The translations under genes and the position numbers were made by a program. DNA of 63,639 bases, filler included, from Pelomyxa schiedti (lineage: Eukaryota > Protista > Evosea), in assembly GCA_020536535.1 (NCBI GenBank). It is 6 parts of 6 records of this genome, joined end to end, with 100 filler letters (N's around TTAATTAATTAA, not from the genome) between each part and the next. Parts side by side here need not be neighbours in the genome. Positions count along the whole stretch, not along the records: positions 1 to 20,183 come from JAHLWZ010000006.1; positions 20,284 to 40,420 come from JAHLWZ010001094.1; 4 more parts are not named here. One strand, given 5' to 3'. Below the pieces are notes generated by a model. The model was given only the letters and a program-made list of their open reading frames with translations. It was not told the origin of the DNA and did no database searches. Of the stretch, positions 11,589-23,407 are shown one piece after another. The first letter of the stretch is position 1, and every line of letters starts with the position of its first letter.

Positions 11589-14500
11589 ATGATGAACCCA
11601 ACTTTGACAAGAAAACAAGTCAAAAACCAGGACATAGTCAATAAGAGACTAGAGGTACCAATTCCTGAGCTATTCTACTAGAAAAAACAAAGCGGAAGTG
11701 TTCATTAGAATCCCTATTTGTTTCCTTTTCAAAAAACCAAACGAAATCATTAGGCTAGGGATTGGATACAGAGAGTTACTGGGGAAACTCTGCCTGGAAA
11801 AGATGGAGACGATTTGCACGACGCCTTGAAAGATGGCGTGGTATGTACTCTTGAAAGTATCTTGTTCGGTGATTAAATGTCTCTAGGTTTTGTGTGAACT
11901 GGCTAATAAAATGTTTCCGAATGTGATTCCCAAGTACCACGGACACGAAGCACTTGCTTTCCAGCACAGAGAGAATATTAACTTCTTTCTTGACCTCACG
12001 AGAAAGGTAGTTCTGTTCCCACGTTGGGCGGGAGTTTCTTATATTCTTTAGCTCGGAATCCCTGAAGCTGCCATTTTCCACCCTGAGGATCTCTATTCTG
12101 CCCGTAAGCTAGAAAATGTGTATGCTACCTTGTATACGCTCGCTGAGATGGCAGGAGGAAAAGTAAGCTCTAGTCTTTCCTAATTCAACTTATACTCATT
12201 GGTCAAAGGGATTCCCAGTCAAGTGGATAAAAATTGCTGAAGAAGGGAGAATGGGCATGAGAAGGTCCACAAACGATTCCATTGCTTGGGGTGGAATGTC
12301 AGATAAGTCGAACATAAGGACATCTGGTGCCAAAATAGCCACACCGACACCAACACTAACACCGACGCCTACGCCAGCGGCCCCAACACCAACACCAACT
12401 CCAACACCAGCACCTACTCCCACTCCCACACCTACCCCGACACCTACCCCAGCACCAGTTCCGAGTTCGCCTTCCCCTCCTCCAGCCTCTCCTGCTGTCA
12501 AAAAGCCTACAACACCAGAAGAGCGGCTGCAAGTATGCTGTTATTTTATGTTGTCATCTTAACATTTGTCTAGAGTTTGGAGGCATTCTTGGCCAAACAA
12601 GCCAATCCAGATAACATCGGGGCTATTCACTTTGCAGTTCGAAACGAACAGACAGGTGCCTTCCACACCACTATTGTGGCAAAGAGCCTAATGCATTCCA
12701 GCCGACCTCGTGGATCTTATCATTGCTACTCGTAAAGGTGACTTGGCCTTGAAAACAGCTTCTGGCCTTACTCCATTGCATTTTGCTGTTTCTCATTCCA
12801 TGCCTCAGTATGTTCGCTTCAAAGTGGTGTTGTTATGTCTAATGCATAGTGTAGGTATGTTGAAAAATTGATTGCTGCTGGCTGTGACATCAATGCCGTT
12901 ACTGCTGATGGGGTATCCTCTCCTGTGATTGACCTCCTTTTTCTAAGTTTTAGTAGGATACTCCACTCCACCTTGCGGTCCAACGGGATGAAGACTCGAT
13001 TATAAATATGTTAATGGCTGCTCACCCTTCTTTGGATGTGCAGAACAAAGACGGTTTTTTTTTTGTGGTCTCGTGTGTGGTCTGAATTTTGAAAAGGGAG
13101 GACTCCTTTACATGTTGCAATAACTGATGGAAGTGAAGACACAGTCAAGACCCTACTAACAGCTGGCGCTTCAGTCTCACAAGTTGACAGTTTGGTAAAA
13201 TTTTCATCCTCATGAAAACACAATCTCACAATACGCAGGGGAACACACCACTTCATCTTGCTTGTTCTGTTCCGCTTACTCCCCCTATCGTACAACTTAT
13301 GCTGGACAGGGGCGCAGACCCAAAAATTGTATGGTAAAACCCAAAATTTATATTCTTACTTCCCACAATAGGCAAATAAAAATGGAGACGTACCGCTTCA
13401 CATTGCCGCTGAGACTGGCGACGCCAATGTAAATATCACTCACTCTAGAAACAAAAAAGTAACGCTAATATCAAAAGATCTTGGAGATTTTGTCCCATGT
13501 TACCGAAAAAGCTGCACTTAACCAAAAGAATAGTGCCGGTAACACTGCTCTCCACGTTGCCACATTAAGGTAATTGATAAAAGTACTCAACAAAGCTCTC
13601 ACATTATCAAAGAGGAGCAAGGGCAATAGCACAGAAGCTTATTGCAATTGGAGCCGATCCAAATGCAAAGAATGCTGACAACTCAACTGCCCTTCAGCTG
13701 GCTGGTACACATTTCCATGGACTTCAACACAATTGACGTTTATTAGTTGATAGCGATAGCACCGATTTGGTTGACGCTCTTGTCACCACAAGAGCCGTGG
13801 ATTTAGATACAAAGAACAATGAGGGCAAGTGTGTATCCCAAATGCACCCAGCAACTCTCACTCAATATTCAGAACTCCTATATACACTGCGGCTTGGAGA
13901 GGAAATTTAGCGTCAGTTGGTGCACTAATTAGAGGAGGCGCCAACGTTGCAATCAAAAACAAAGACGTATGTTATAATTTCTGGTTCCTCATCTTACTCT
14001 TTGAAAGGGGTGGTCTCCCATACATGCTGCGTCCTTCAACGGGCATCTTGATGTGGTGAAAGAGCTTGTTGCTGCCCACGCCGATATCAATGGGCAAGAC
14101 AATCAAGGAACCACTCCGCTTTACCATGCATGTGACGCCAGGAAAGAGGCTGTTGCTGAATACCTGCTATCTCTACCTGGAATAGACCCCCACCTGTCGG
14201 CTAAAGACAGCTGGAAACCAATCCGTAATTACAATTCAAACCCACTGCATTGAAGGATAACACTCCACAGATGCCGCATCAAGGAGAGGACTGTTGAGCA
14301 TCACAAAGGCACTGATAACTACATATCATGCCGATCTTAAGGCCATTGTTAAGGAGTGCCAAGGGTAATTCACTGTTGGTAATTCTTGTATTCTAAACGC
14401 AGTTCTTAGATACGGAGTCCTTCATTTGGTAACCTCAAGTGCCAACCCGAGGTAAGCTCCTTGTTAGAATTCCCGCCTATTCATATTCCTATGCTCAACA

Positions 14501-14946
14501 GCATTGAAATGTTGCAGCTTCTCATTTCGTCCGGTGCGGATATTAATATGCAAAATGCTCACGGACTGACTTCCCTTCACCTTGCGTGCTGTGTGGATAA
14601 CAAGCCTCTCATCAAGTTCTTTGCTGAAGCACCTAAGGTTTGACCGTACTTTTCAAATGGAAAAGCTCTCACCACTACTACAAAGATAAAACTGGACATC
14701 AAGAACCGTGACAAAATGACGGCTCTAGATATGACCTGCTACTATGGGTTCGAAGAAACAGCGGTACAAATTTATTAACTTACTTTGCTTCCTCATTTCT
14801 AACATTGAACATAGAAATACATTGCAGGAAAGATGGGGAAGAAGAAGATACCACCAATTCAGAAACACACCCTCACATCCACCCCCATGTCAGGTGTGCT
14901 GCCATCAGCACCCCCAACCCCTGAGGAGTTTGAGAAACACTCGTAA
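11589..14946 (+). CDS. Calponin-homology domain + Pro/Thr linker + ankyrin-repeat protein, 22 exons
   Basis: Fully spliceable with 21 GT-AG introns. CH motifs EARDWIQRVTGE..DALKDGVVLCELANKM..ENINFFL..FHPEDLY; PT-repeat linker ~12340-12490; more than 10 ankyrin repeats (GxTPLH); stop TAA 14944-14946. Confidence 0.9.
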
Positions 14947-15067
14947 AAAAACACTATGTTCTTTGATGCCTTGTTTTTATCCACTTGGGGTCTTTTTTTT
15001 CTCCTTGTGAAAGTGTGTAACTATTCAAAATACCAATGGTTTTCTTTTTCCCTGTTGTAGCAGAACA

Positions 15068-17020
15068 TCAGTGGTGGTGTGGTTTTTTTGATGCTGATGA
15101 AGCGGGCTTGGGCCAGTATGGTGACAAGAATACACCAACGAGGAGGGTGATGTGACATAGCAGAAGAACAGCAGAGCTGTAGGCATTGGAGGGGAACACA
15201 TAGGACCAAACCCCATCAATGGCACAGAGCAGNNNNNNNNNNNNNNNNNNNNNNNNNNNNNNNNNNNNNNNNNNNNNNNNNNNNNNNNNNNNNNNNNNNN
15301 NNNNNNNNNNNNNNNNNNNNNNNNNNNNNNNNGCCAGTATGGTGACAAGAATACACCAACGAGGAGGGTGATGTGACATAGCAGAAGAACAGCAGAGCTG
15401 TAGGCATTGGAGGGGAACACATAGGACCAAACCCCATCAATGGCACAGAGCAGCGCAATCCTGGGGGAGAATGAGTTGATTGGCAATTTTATTTGGTTGT
15501 GTGTACAAACCTAAGAAGATTAGGGTACGGTGTCATCCATGCAAGGTAAACCAGGGTGTGGAAGTACCACACATAGAATTGGAAGTGTAGGCTGCGAGCA
15601 CATACAATTCCAATGAAGTTGCTTGTAAACAATACACGGAGAATGTCTGAAGGTACATCAGTAGTTTGCGGTGGTACCGCGGGGTACATACGGTCGGGAG
15701 CGAGTCTATTTACTTTGCCTATCTTAGAAAATATTGCCAAATGCCTCCACCTCTTGAATGCAAAGAGAAGTAACAAGATCATCTGAGCAGATAAAAGTGA
15801 AAGGGCAAGTTGCTTGCTGATAAATATCTCCTCTGGAATGAATTTCCAGTTTACAGTCCACTTATATAAGAAGACTCTGCCTGTGAAAGAAGTAAGCAGA
15901 GAGCACAAATTGAGTAAGTTTACCAAGATCAAATGCCATCTTTATATACTGGAACGGGTACGGTATCAAAAACGGCAGGCCTAATGCCAACTAGGGTTTG
16001 TTTAGTCGAAAATAGCTTTTGTTAGTGCTTTTACTTGGATAAATCCGCAAATGGCAAGGTAAAACGGAGTCCAAAACATCCCAAAACGCTGCAGAAGTAG
16101 AGTGAGCAAGCCGGGAGCATAGAGGAGCACATTCATTTTGATGGACACAGCAAAACTGTTGTAATAAGTACAGAATGTAACACCACAGACAGTACCTGAA
16201 AACCGCACAGCCAACAGACCACCAGTCACAAAGAAAGAGCAGTATGGAGGTATATAGAAGAGCCATTGCAAAACAGTCATTAAATAACCGCAAAACAAAA
16301 ATTGAATGAATCCTCAAAGAAATACAAAGAAGTAGCATAGCCCAGGCAGGAACCTAATACATAATATCACACTTGTTGGTCTGGAGGTGTCAGATGTGCT
16401 CACCTTTTTTTCTGATTTCTTTAAAATAGCGAGAACAACACAGAGTGTGTAAATGAAGAGGCATGCCCATATGCATTGTGCCAGGAAAATATCTTTCCCG
16501 TTGCTGGTCACATGGAATAGTGCACTAAATAAATAAACAAACCCTGCCGGGTACACAAGGGGGCCAGTGTCACCTATTTGATTTCGAATTAAATATTCAA
16601 TTTCAAAGTGGCAATTGCAGAGGCGGAAACCTTTCATCATGGTGTAGTCTCTCTCACCTCCCAAGAAACCTTCCACTTCTTGCATGTAAGCAATCCAATC
16701 AATTTCAGTATCTTTCAAAAAAAAAAAAAAAAAAGGTGCAGGGCATTAGACTCCAAAATACAAAAAAAAAAAAAAAAACCTCAACAAAAAAAGCGGGATG
16801 GTGATGAGGACACACAAGGCCTGAACAGGATAATTGCCACGACTCCCGCTACCTCGGCCACCAAAATCGCGGCTGCCACCAGCCAGAAGTTGTTCGCACA
16901 CGACCGCAAATACCCAATCGCCCCGCGCGAAGAGGACCCTCGTTTGCTGCTGTTGTGGTCCGCGCCGCCGCCGTCGGCCGAGTGGTGGTGTTGCTGTGGC
17001 GACGCAGTCGCCTGCCGCAT
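15068..17020 (-). CDS. ALG3: Dol-P-Man:Man5GlcNAc2-PP-Dol alpha-1,3-mannosyltransferase (last exon duplicated across N gap 15233-15332)
   Basis: [91 protein letters not shown]. Confidence 0.95.
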
Positions 17021-17214
17021 CGCCGTCGTCTTCTTTCCTTTCATTTCTTTTGATCGTTTGAACAGTCGGTTACAAAAAGGGAAATAAACGATCGGATCGC
17101 TAACAAGTCGCCGCAGCATAACGTAATGAGTGGCACCAGTTACCTGCCCAAGGGGCAGGAAATTCTGTACTGGTTTTTTGGAGGCAAACAGTGAATTAAA
17201 AAGGACAAAGGGAC

Positions 17215-18792
17215 ATGGCTTTGCAAGAGCTTGAAGATCGTGGGGTGGCAGGAGATCTCACACGCGCGTTCGGTGCGATGGAGCCGTCTTCGTCGCTTTG
17301 CGATGCGATACTTGTGGTGGAATCTACGCCCTTGCCATCTACATGCGGTGAGGCGCCTGGAGACGTTGTTTGTGCTGTCGGGGTGTGCAAGGAACTGCTC
17401 GCTGCAAGGAACGAAATGTTTGCGGCTCTGTTTTCTGGGAAGTTTTCTGCGCCGTCACCAGGTACCGCTTCTGGGCCTGGTGCTTTTTTCTCACTTTCAT
17501 CCAAAAGACTCCAAACGTTGGGAAAAGCAAGCGTATACAGTAAAAGTGGACCACGGGATAGGGGCAGCAGCCGTGAGGCTTGCACTTGAGTGGGTCATGT
17601 GTGGCCGTGTATCTGTCCCCGATGACCCATCTGTTCTGCTTCAGGTCTGTGCTTTGGCCAGGATGTGGCTCATTCCGGAGCTTTTTTCCCAGTGCTCAAG
17701 TTCGTCACTACGATGCATGAAAAAGTCAACAGTGTTCCTTCTTCTTCAACTTGCACATTTATGGAGGATGGAAACACTCAAGGTTTTGCCTTTCCTTTTT
17801 GCCAATTTTTTACTTCATGCAGTTCTTTTTCCTTGATTTTATGCGAAAATCAGAGATGTGTGCTGAAGTATTGGATGCCATTTCTGATCCACACTTGCTG
17901 GAGTCCTTACTGGAGTCAGACCGTAGAGCCTCTAAGTCTTAATTCCAACTAACGTGGCGTTGCAGAATTCAGTGGCGTTCCTGAGAGGGTTGTGGCAAGG
18001 CACGTTTTGCAAGTGACCAAAGATATGACAGATAACGCGCTGGCTATGAGATTGCTCAATAAGGTGCACTGGGAATGTCTTGGCACAGAAATATTGGAAT
18101 TTGAAAAGGAGCTCCCTCATTCCATTATTTTCCAGACTTTGAAGTATCTTGTAACACTGACCGCTGCCATTCACCAAGAGCCAGTACTCGACTATAAACG
18201 CTCAGCACCATTTTTGTGGGACCCCTCTCACATGGGCTCATCAATGGCTGTTGATAAAACTATGCAAGTGATCACATCTGAAAAGCCCTCTCTCAAAGAT
18301 CGTGCGGACAGCCACGAAAGTTGCATTGGCTCCACCGGCTATGTTGATGGCATACACTGCTGGGAGTTTGAAGTGATATCACCCTGCAGCATGATGTGGG
18401 TTGGAGTATCCACATCGCACATCGACTGCAACCAATGGATGGGCAAGCAAGCCGGTGCCTTTGCGTTCTCATCCGAGAATGGCTACCTCTGCACCAACAC
18501 ACAGACAGACAACGGGCCATACGGAGAGAAGCACGCCTCGTTCAAGAAGCCAGGAGACACCGTGCAAGTGGTTGTGGACCTGGCCAGCGCGCGCCGTGCG
18601 GTGTGGTTTGCTGCCAATGGGGAGTTCGAGGCCTACGGGGTCGGGTTCACCAGCGAGCAGCTCCCTCCGCGAGGCACCCCGCTGTTCCCCTGCGTGTCAC
18701 TCACCAAGGGCGGGTCCCTCCGCACCAGGGTCCTCTCATGCGACACCGCCGCCCTCGCCCCTCTCCTCCTCAGTATTGAAAACAGCCATTGA
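17215..18792 (+). CDS. BTB/POZ-BACK-SPRY protein (Cullin-3 adaptor-like), 4 exons
   Basis: BTB: CKELLAARNEMFAALFSGKF..LALEWVMCG..LQVCALARMWLIPEL; SPRY: GIHCWEFEV..MWVGV..GDTVQVVVDL..VWFAANGE..LFPCVSL; three GT-AG introns restore the frame. Confidence 0.85.
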
Positions 18793-18842
18793 CAAATTCC
18801 TTGTGCACCACCTTCCTTTTTTGCTTTTTTTTTGTAACTAAA

Positions 18843-19951
18843 ATGACTTCGTCGACCCCGACGACGAGTCGCGAAACGGCCTCGTCGTCAATGTCGGCAC
18901 CACTACCATCTACCCCCATAAGCACGATAACGGCCAAGCAGTGGGTTCGGTACGAGAGGCTCATCGAGGCTTCACGTACACGGAGAGGTGGTGATGACAC
19001 AACTGCCACCACCACTACTGCTGTTGCTGCTGCGGTTCCTGTTGGTGGTGATAGTGGCGGTGGTGGTGGTGACGAGGAGGAGGGAAATGGGGGGAGTGGT
19101 GGTGGTGAGAGGGAGTGGGAGTGGGAGTGGACGGTGGCTGTTGGGACACTGGGGGAGCATGGGGTGGGAAGGAGTTCGTTCAGGAGGCTATGCGTCGGGC
19201 TGGCGTCGCCTGTGGCGAATGGCTTGGGTTGGTTGTCTCCCCCTGCCTGTTCTTTTTTTGGGGCCACAGTCACTGAAACACAAAAGGTGCACGAGAATTG
19301 GAGTGCGACCAGGACTTGTTCTATCACGGAACATTTGACTTGGCGGAGAACGGCAAACACTCAGTTTTTAAAACAAAGGTATACTTCCAGTTCCTATGTG
19401 TTTTTTTTGTTCCAAAGAAAACATCTAGATGTGGGACTCGAATGGGGAGGACAAATGTCAAGGTGTGGCTGCTGGTTGGCACGAAAAGTGTGCTGGTATG
19501 TATGTTCCCCTCTGTTAAGCTTGCACCTAAACTTTCAATTGAAAAGGGTTCTTTGTTCTCTTTGACCTCAGCGATCATGTAACTTTTGATTTTGTTCGTT
19601 ATTGGATTGCGCACATCAGGGGGCACACTTCCGCCGAGCAAGGTGACATTCTGCCCAAGGTGTTTATTGTTGGAAACAAGAGTGATTTGGCACGAGAAGT
19701 TACACCTGAGGAGATTCAGGCACTCTGCTCTCAATTTGGTGGTGTTCCATACTTCGAGGTAAGAGCTACAAACATTCAGCCTGGGGAATCACAGGCTCTA
19801 GGTGTCCTGTTCAACATGCCAAGGTGTGCAAGAGTGCTGGAATGCAATGATATCCAGTGCATACCATGACCTTGCAATGCTTGCCAATTGGTTGCCAGAG
19901 AACTCTTCCAAGCACAAGAAGAAATCCGCTGAGCACTGTTCCTTGTCCTGA
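18843..19951 (+). CDS. Atypical Ras-superfamily small GTPase with N-terminal extension and CAAX box
   Basis: Spliced: GEHGVGRSS (G1-like), MWDSNGEDK (G3-like), IVGNKSDL (G4), YFEVSCST (G5-like), C-terminus KHKKKSAEHCSLS*. Confidence 0.75.
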
Positions 19952-20183
19952 ATGATTTCTTTTTATCAAACCCATTCCACAACACAATTTCTGACACTTT
20001 GTGCACCACCACGGGTACCTTTCGCGTAACTCAAAATGATCATCAACATCAAGAGCACGAAGCGTTTTGGAGCCGATGGCCCTGACGTTGGAGTTTGCAA
20101 CTGCGAGGCACTTAATAATTGGTTTTAGTGTTCCGATTGAGTGAGTGTTTCATTTCAATCATCAGTCAGGCCAAGCCACAGCT

Positions 20184-20283
20184 NNNNNNNNNNNNNNNNN
20201 NNNNNNNNNNNNNNNNNNNNNNNNNNNTTAATTAATTAANNNNNNNNNNNNNNNNNNNNNNNNNNNNNNNNNNNNNNNNNNNN
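20184..20283. other. Artificial contig linker N-TTAATTAATTAA-N (also 40421-40520, 57556-57655, 58778-58877, 60520-60619)
   Basis: Identical 100-nt N-padded six-frame-stop spacer occurs five times. Confidence 0.95.
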
Positions 20284-20619
20284 CCAAACGTGTGCCAGGG
20301 AGGGTGTACAATTCCTGGGGTCTGAACAGCTCTTGCATAAACTTCTCACCAGTGATACCCAATATAATGTCCCTCAATACTTACCCCACGTGTGAGTAAA
20401 AAAAACAACAACAAGAACAAAAAAAAAAACTTTACATAAATCACATTACATTCGGCACGTGAGGCACCGAAACGACAAACAATCAAAACAACAAACAGAC
20501 AACAGACTTGCAGTGACTCTGTCAGGAGCCACGCCCTGTGCTGTCAGTCGTTGCTCCAGAATATACAACATCTCGCCCCCCAGGCAAACAACCATGAACG
20601 GCATCCCCATCAACGCCAT
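20284..20619 (-). CDS. OSCP1: OSCP1-family protein, 5' part (truncated at contig end)
   Basis: MPFMVVCLGGEMLYILEQRLTAQGV..VLRDII..KFMQELFRPQELYT matches the OSCP1 N-terminal signature LGGEMLYILxQRL..ELFxPQELY. Confidence 0.85.
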
Positions 20620-21181
20620 TCGCCCAATTCGGCCGCCTGGTGCTCGATTGGTTGGGATTTCGTGAAAGATGAAAAAAGCGAAATGTGTGATCATGAACAG
20701 TGTGGTCGTGAATTTGGCCGGCTACACATCGGTGGCACCATGGTGCCCCGTTGGACCCGCGGTTATTTGCATTTCCTTGTGTGAGTGTGGGCGGGGGCTG
20801 CATCACGGTGGCAAAGTGGTGGCAACCTCCTGGGAGAAAATTGTGCTCTCAATGGGGTGTTTTTTCTCAATCACTGTGGCGAGGTGAGCTAAATATTTGG
20901 ATAGAAAATCTAAGCCCGTTTGTCACCTGTCATTACGTCAGCCCTTTGACACCATTCCCCTGCGTCCATTCCTTATAAACCCCTTTTTTCCCAAGATTTA
21001 TGTGGCGTATTAATGTTAATTAAATCGTGTCTGAAAACTAGGCACGTAAAATCCCAATTCCTCTTTTCTTTTCATCTTTCTACGTTCTTTTCTAAGCGTC
21101 TATGGCCCACCAAAATGATTCTGGAGTGCCACAATCACCATCACTTCTTTCCTTACTTTCATCTGCACTTGAGTCATCGCT

Positions 21182-23362
21182 TTAGTCTGCAGCTCTCTCC
21201 TGCATGTACCTGCTGATGTCATCCTGTGTGAGTCCCACAATTTTCCTAGAGACCGTGGTGTGGAGCGGGGAGGCTATCACCCATTTCATGAAGTGTTCCT
21301 TGACAATTGCCGCTGTCATTTCAGGAAAGACGCGAAGGATCATCTTCCACATGCACAGACCCACAGTAGAAGGGCGAATTTTATGTTTGGAACCCATTCT
21401 GATGAACTCGTTCAGGCTCACGTGAAATTTGTGAAGGAACCACTCAGCACAGCCAGTTTTGTCCATCTTGATCAACAGTGCCAGCAAATAGTTATTTTTC
21501 ACCTTGACTTGGTCTTCACTGAGGTGAAACTGATGAAGGAGCCACTTAAGAACTTTTCCAGATTGAACAGCATCACATTCTAGAAGGGCTTCTTGAATGT
21601 CAGACGAAGAGAAGTCGCCATATCTCATAATTAGCTTGACCTGTGAAATATCTCCATCTTCGAGCAACCTGCAGATAACAGACGACTTATGGGAAATCCG
21701 GACATTGAATTGCTGCAGCAAAAACAATGTCAATGTCATGCAGCCACATACTTCCTCAACAAGTGAGAGCACTGAATTTTCCCTGATATTGCACACTGTT
21801 GTATGTGAAAGGAACCATTGAATGCCTCCAAAACCACCGTTGAGCTTATGCCCAATCTTACGGAAAACTTCATCTGTCATTTTGGGAGCAGAGTTTACAG
21901 CTTCCATGACATGGAAGGTGTTTTCCAACCACTCTGCGATTGCTGTGTTGTTGTTGGAGAGGCATGAAACCAGGCACTTTCGGAGCTCTTTTGGTCGGAG
22001 AGGCTTTGCTGCTTTTGGAAACAACCACTTCACCACTGCCACACTATCTTTCTTGTTCCCACATGCATCAATTATGGTACGAGGGATCACTTGTGCAATA
22101 CTGAGTTTGGCAAACAACCACTCAAGAACCTCCACGTCTGCAATTTTGCCTAAATGTGATATAATTTCTTGTGTTGGTTCAACAGAAAAATTGTTGATCA
22201 CCCACTTGAGACCCTTGCCGTTCCCAATCCAATGGATTCTCCAGAACTTATGCACAGAGAAAGTGTCCTTGATCCACTGGCATCCTTCCTCAAAATCGTC
22301 ACCATGTGAACAATACTCAATAAACTTTGCAAGAACCTCAGCGCCGTATTCGCGCATGCCACCCTTCTGAAAGAACAACCTCATACAAAGCTTCACAACT
22401 TGCAAAAACGTCTGAGGAGCACACTGGCAAGTTGGTGTGGCCATCATCTGTTTCTTGCAGGAATCCACCACACATGTTGAAGATGCCATCCACTCTGCAA
22501 CCTCAACATTACCCCGGGTCAGAGCGACTTGAAAGGGAGCCACAAGCTCCCACGGCTCTGTGCCCACACCAACAAACCTTGACATCACCCACTTGACAAC
22601 CTCCAAATTGCCACCAGCACATGCGCCATACAAAATGCTGTTGTAGTTGTCACTCACCTCCCTGAGGTCATCTAGGAGGTCTACATCATGCACTGGCCAC
22701 CTCAAGGCCCCACCCCTCCATGGAACGTCACCATTGTCAACAAGTTCTTTTGCCATATCTAAGAATCCTCCTGCATAAATTTGAGTTTTATTATTATTAG
22801 TATTATTTGATTGTTGTCTTCCAGTTTTTTTGTTTTTAAAAAAATTATCCGGCCCTATTTGAATATATGTTTTTAAAAACTATGCCCATGCCAACAAAAA
22901 CCGCATGCACTGCAACGAACAAGCGATTAGGACGAACGAACCAGTACATAGACCCTCGAGCACCACGGCGCACTCCTTCCGGTTGTTCCTGGTCTTCCTG
23001 GACCCCAGTATCCACTCGATGCACCGCCCGCTGCCCACCCTCGCGGCGCACCCCAGCGCGAAGTACCGCGACGTCCGCTGCAGCGCCGGCCACTTGGTCG
23101 GGTTGCCCTCCCCCTCCCCCTCCCCCCTCACCGTCGCCCCGATGACCGCGCGGCAGGCCCGCGGGACCAGCGGGAACAGCGCGTCGGCCAGCCCCAGGAG
23201 CCACGTGCAGTCGGGCCTGCTCATGAGGTCGTGGCGGGCGAGGGCGGGGTCCAGGAGGCGGGGCACTACAACGTAGTCCCACACTACCCGCGACACGGCG
23301 ATCACCTGCCGCGTAGCTGCTACTTGTGGGTCCTGCTCGTCGGAGCGGTGTTCTCCACTCAT
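21182..23362 (-). CDS. 'SRVVWD'-family divergent ankyrin-like repeat protein, copy 1 (one 171-nt intron, 22771-22941)
   Basis: N-terminus RQVIAVSRVVWDYVV..ADALFPLV; splicing gives LEGLCTG|GFLDMAKELV, colinear with paralogs; repeated GNLEVVKW / VAEWL helical motifs. Confidence 0.8.
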
Positions 23363-23407
23363 TGGTCTCGGCAAAGAGAATCAGTTAGGCGAAACGAGCG
23401 AGGGGTG

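Noticed and set aside
11249-11590. ~120-bp direct repeat around an N gap (likewise 15112-15232 vs 15333-15452)
   Set aside because: Identical overlap on both sides of a 100-N gap: a scaffolding artefact.
12913-12956. Intron starting GTATCCTC, resembling a U12 donor
   Set aside because: Imperfect match to GTATCCTT, no TCCTTAAC branch site, same size as the neighbouring introns; expected by chance given the degenerate donors.
20228-20239. Recurrent TTAATTAATTAA palindrome
   Set aside because: Always centred in N padding: an artificial contig joiner, so adjacency across it is meaningless.
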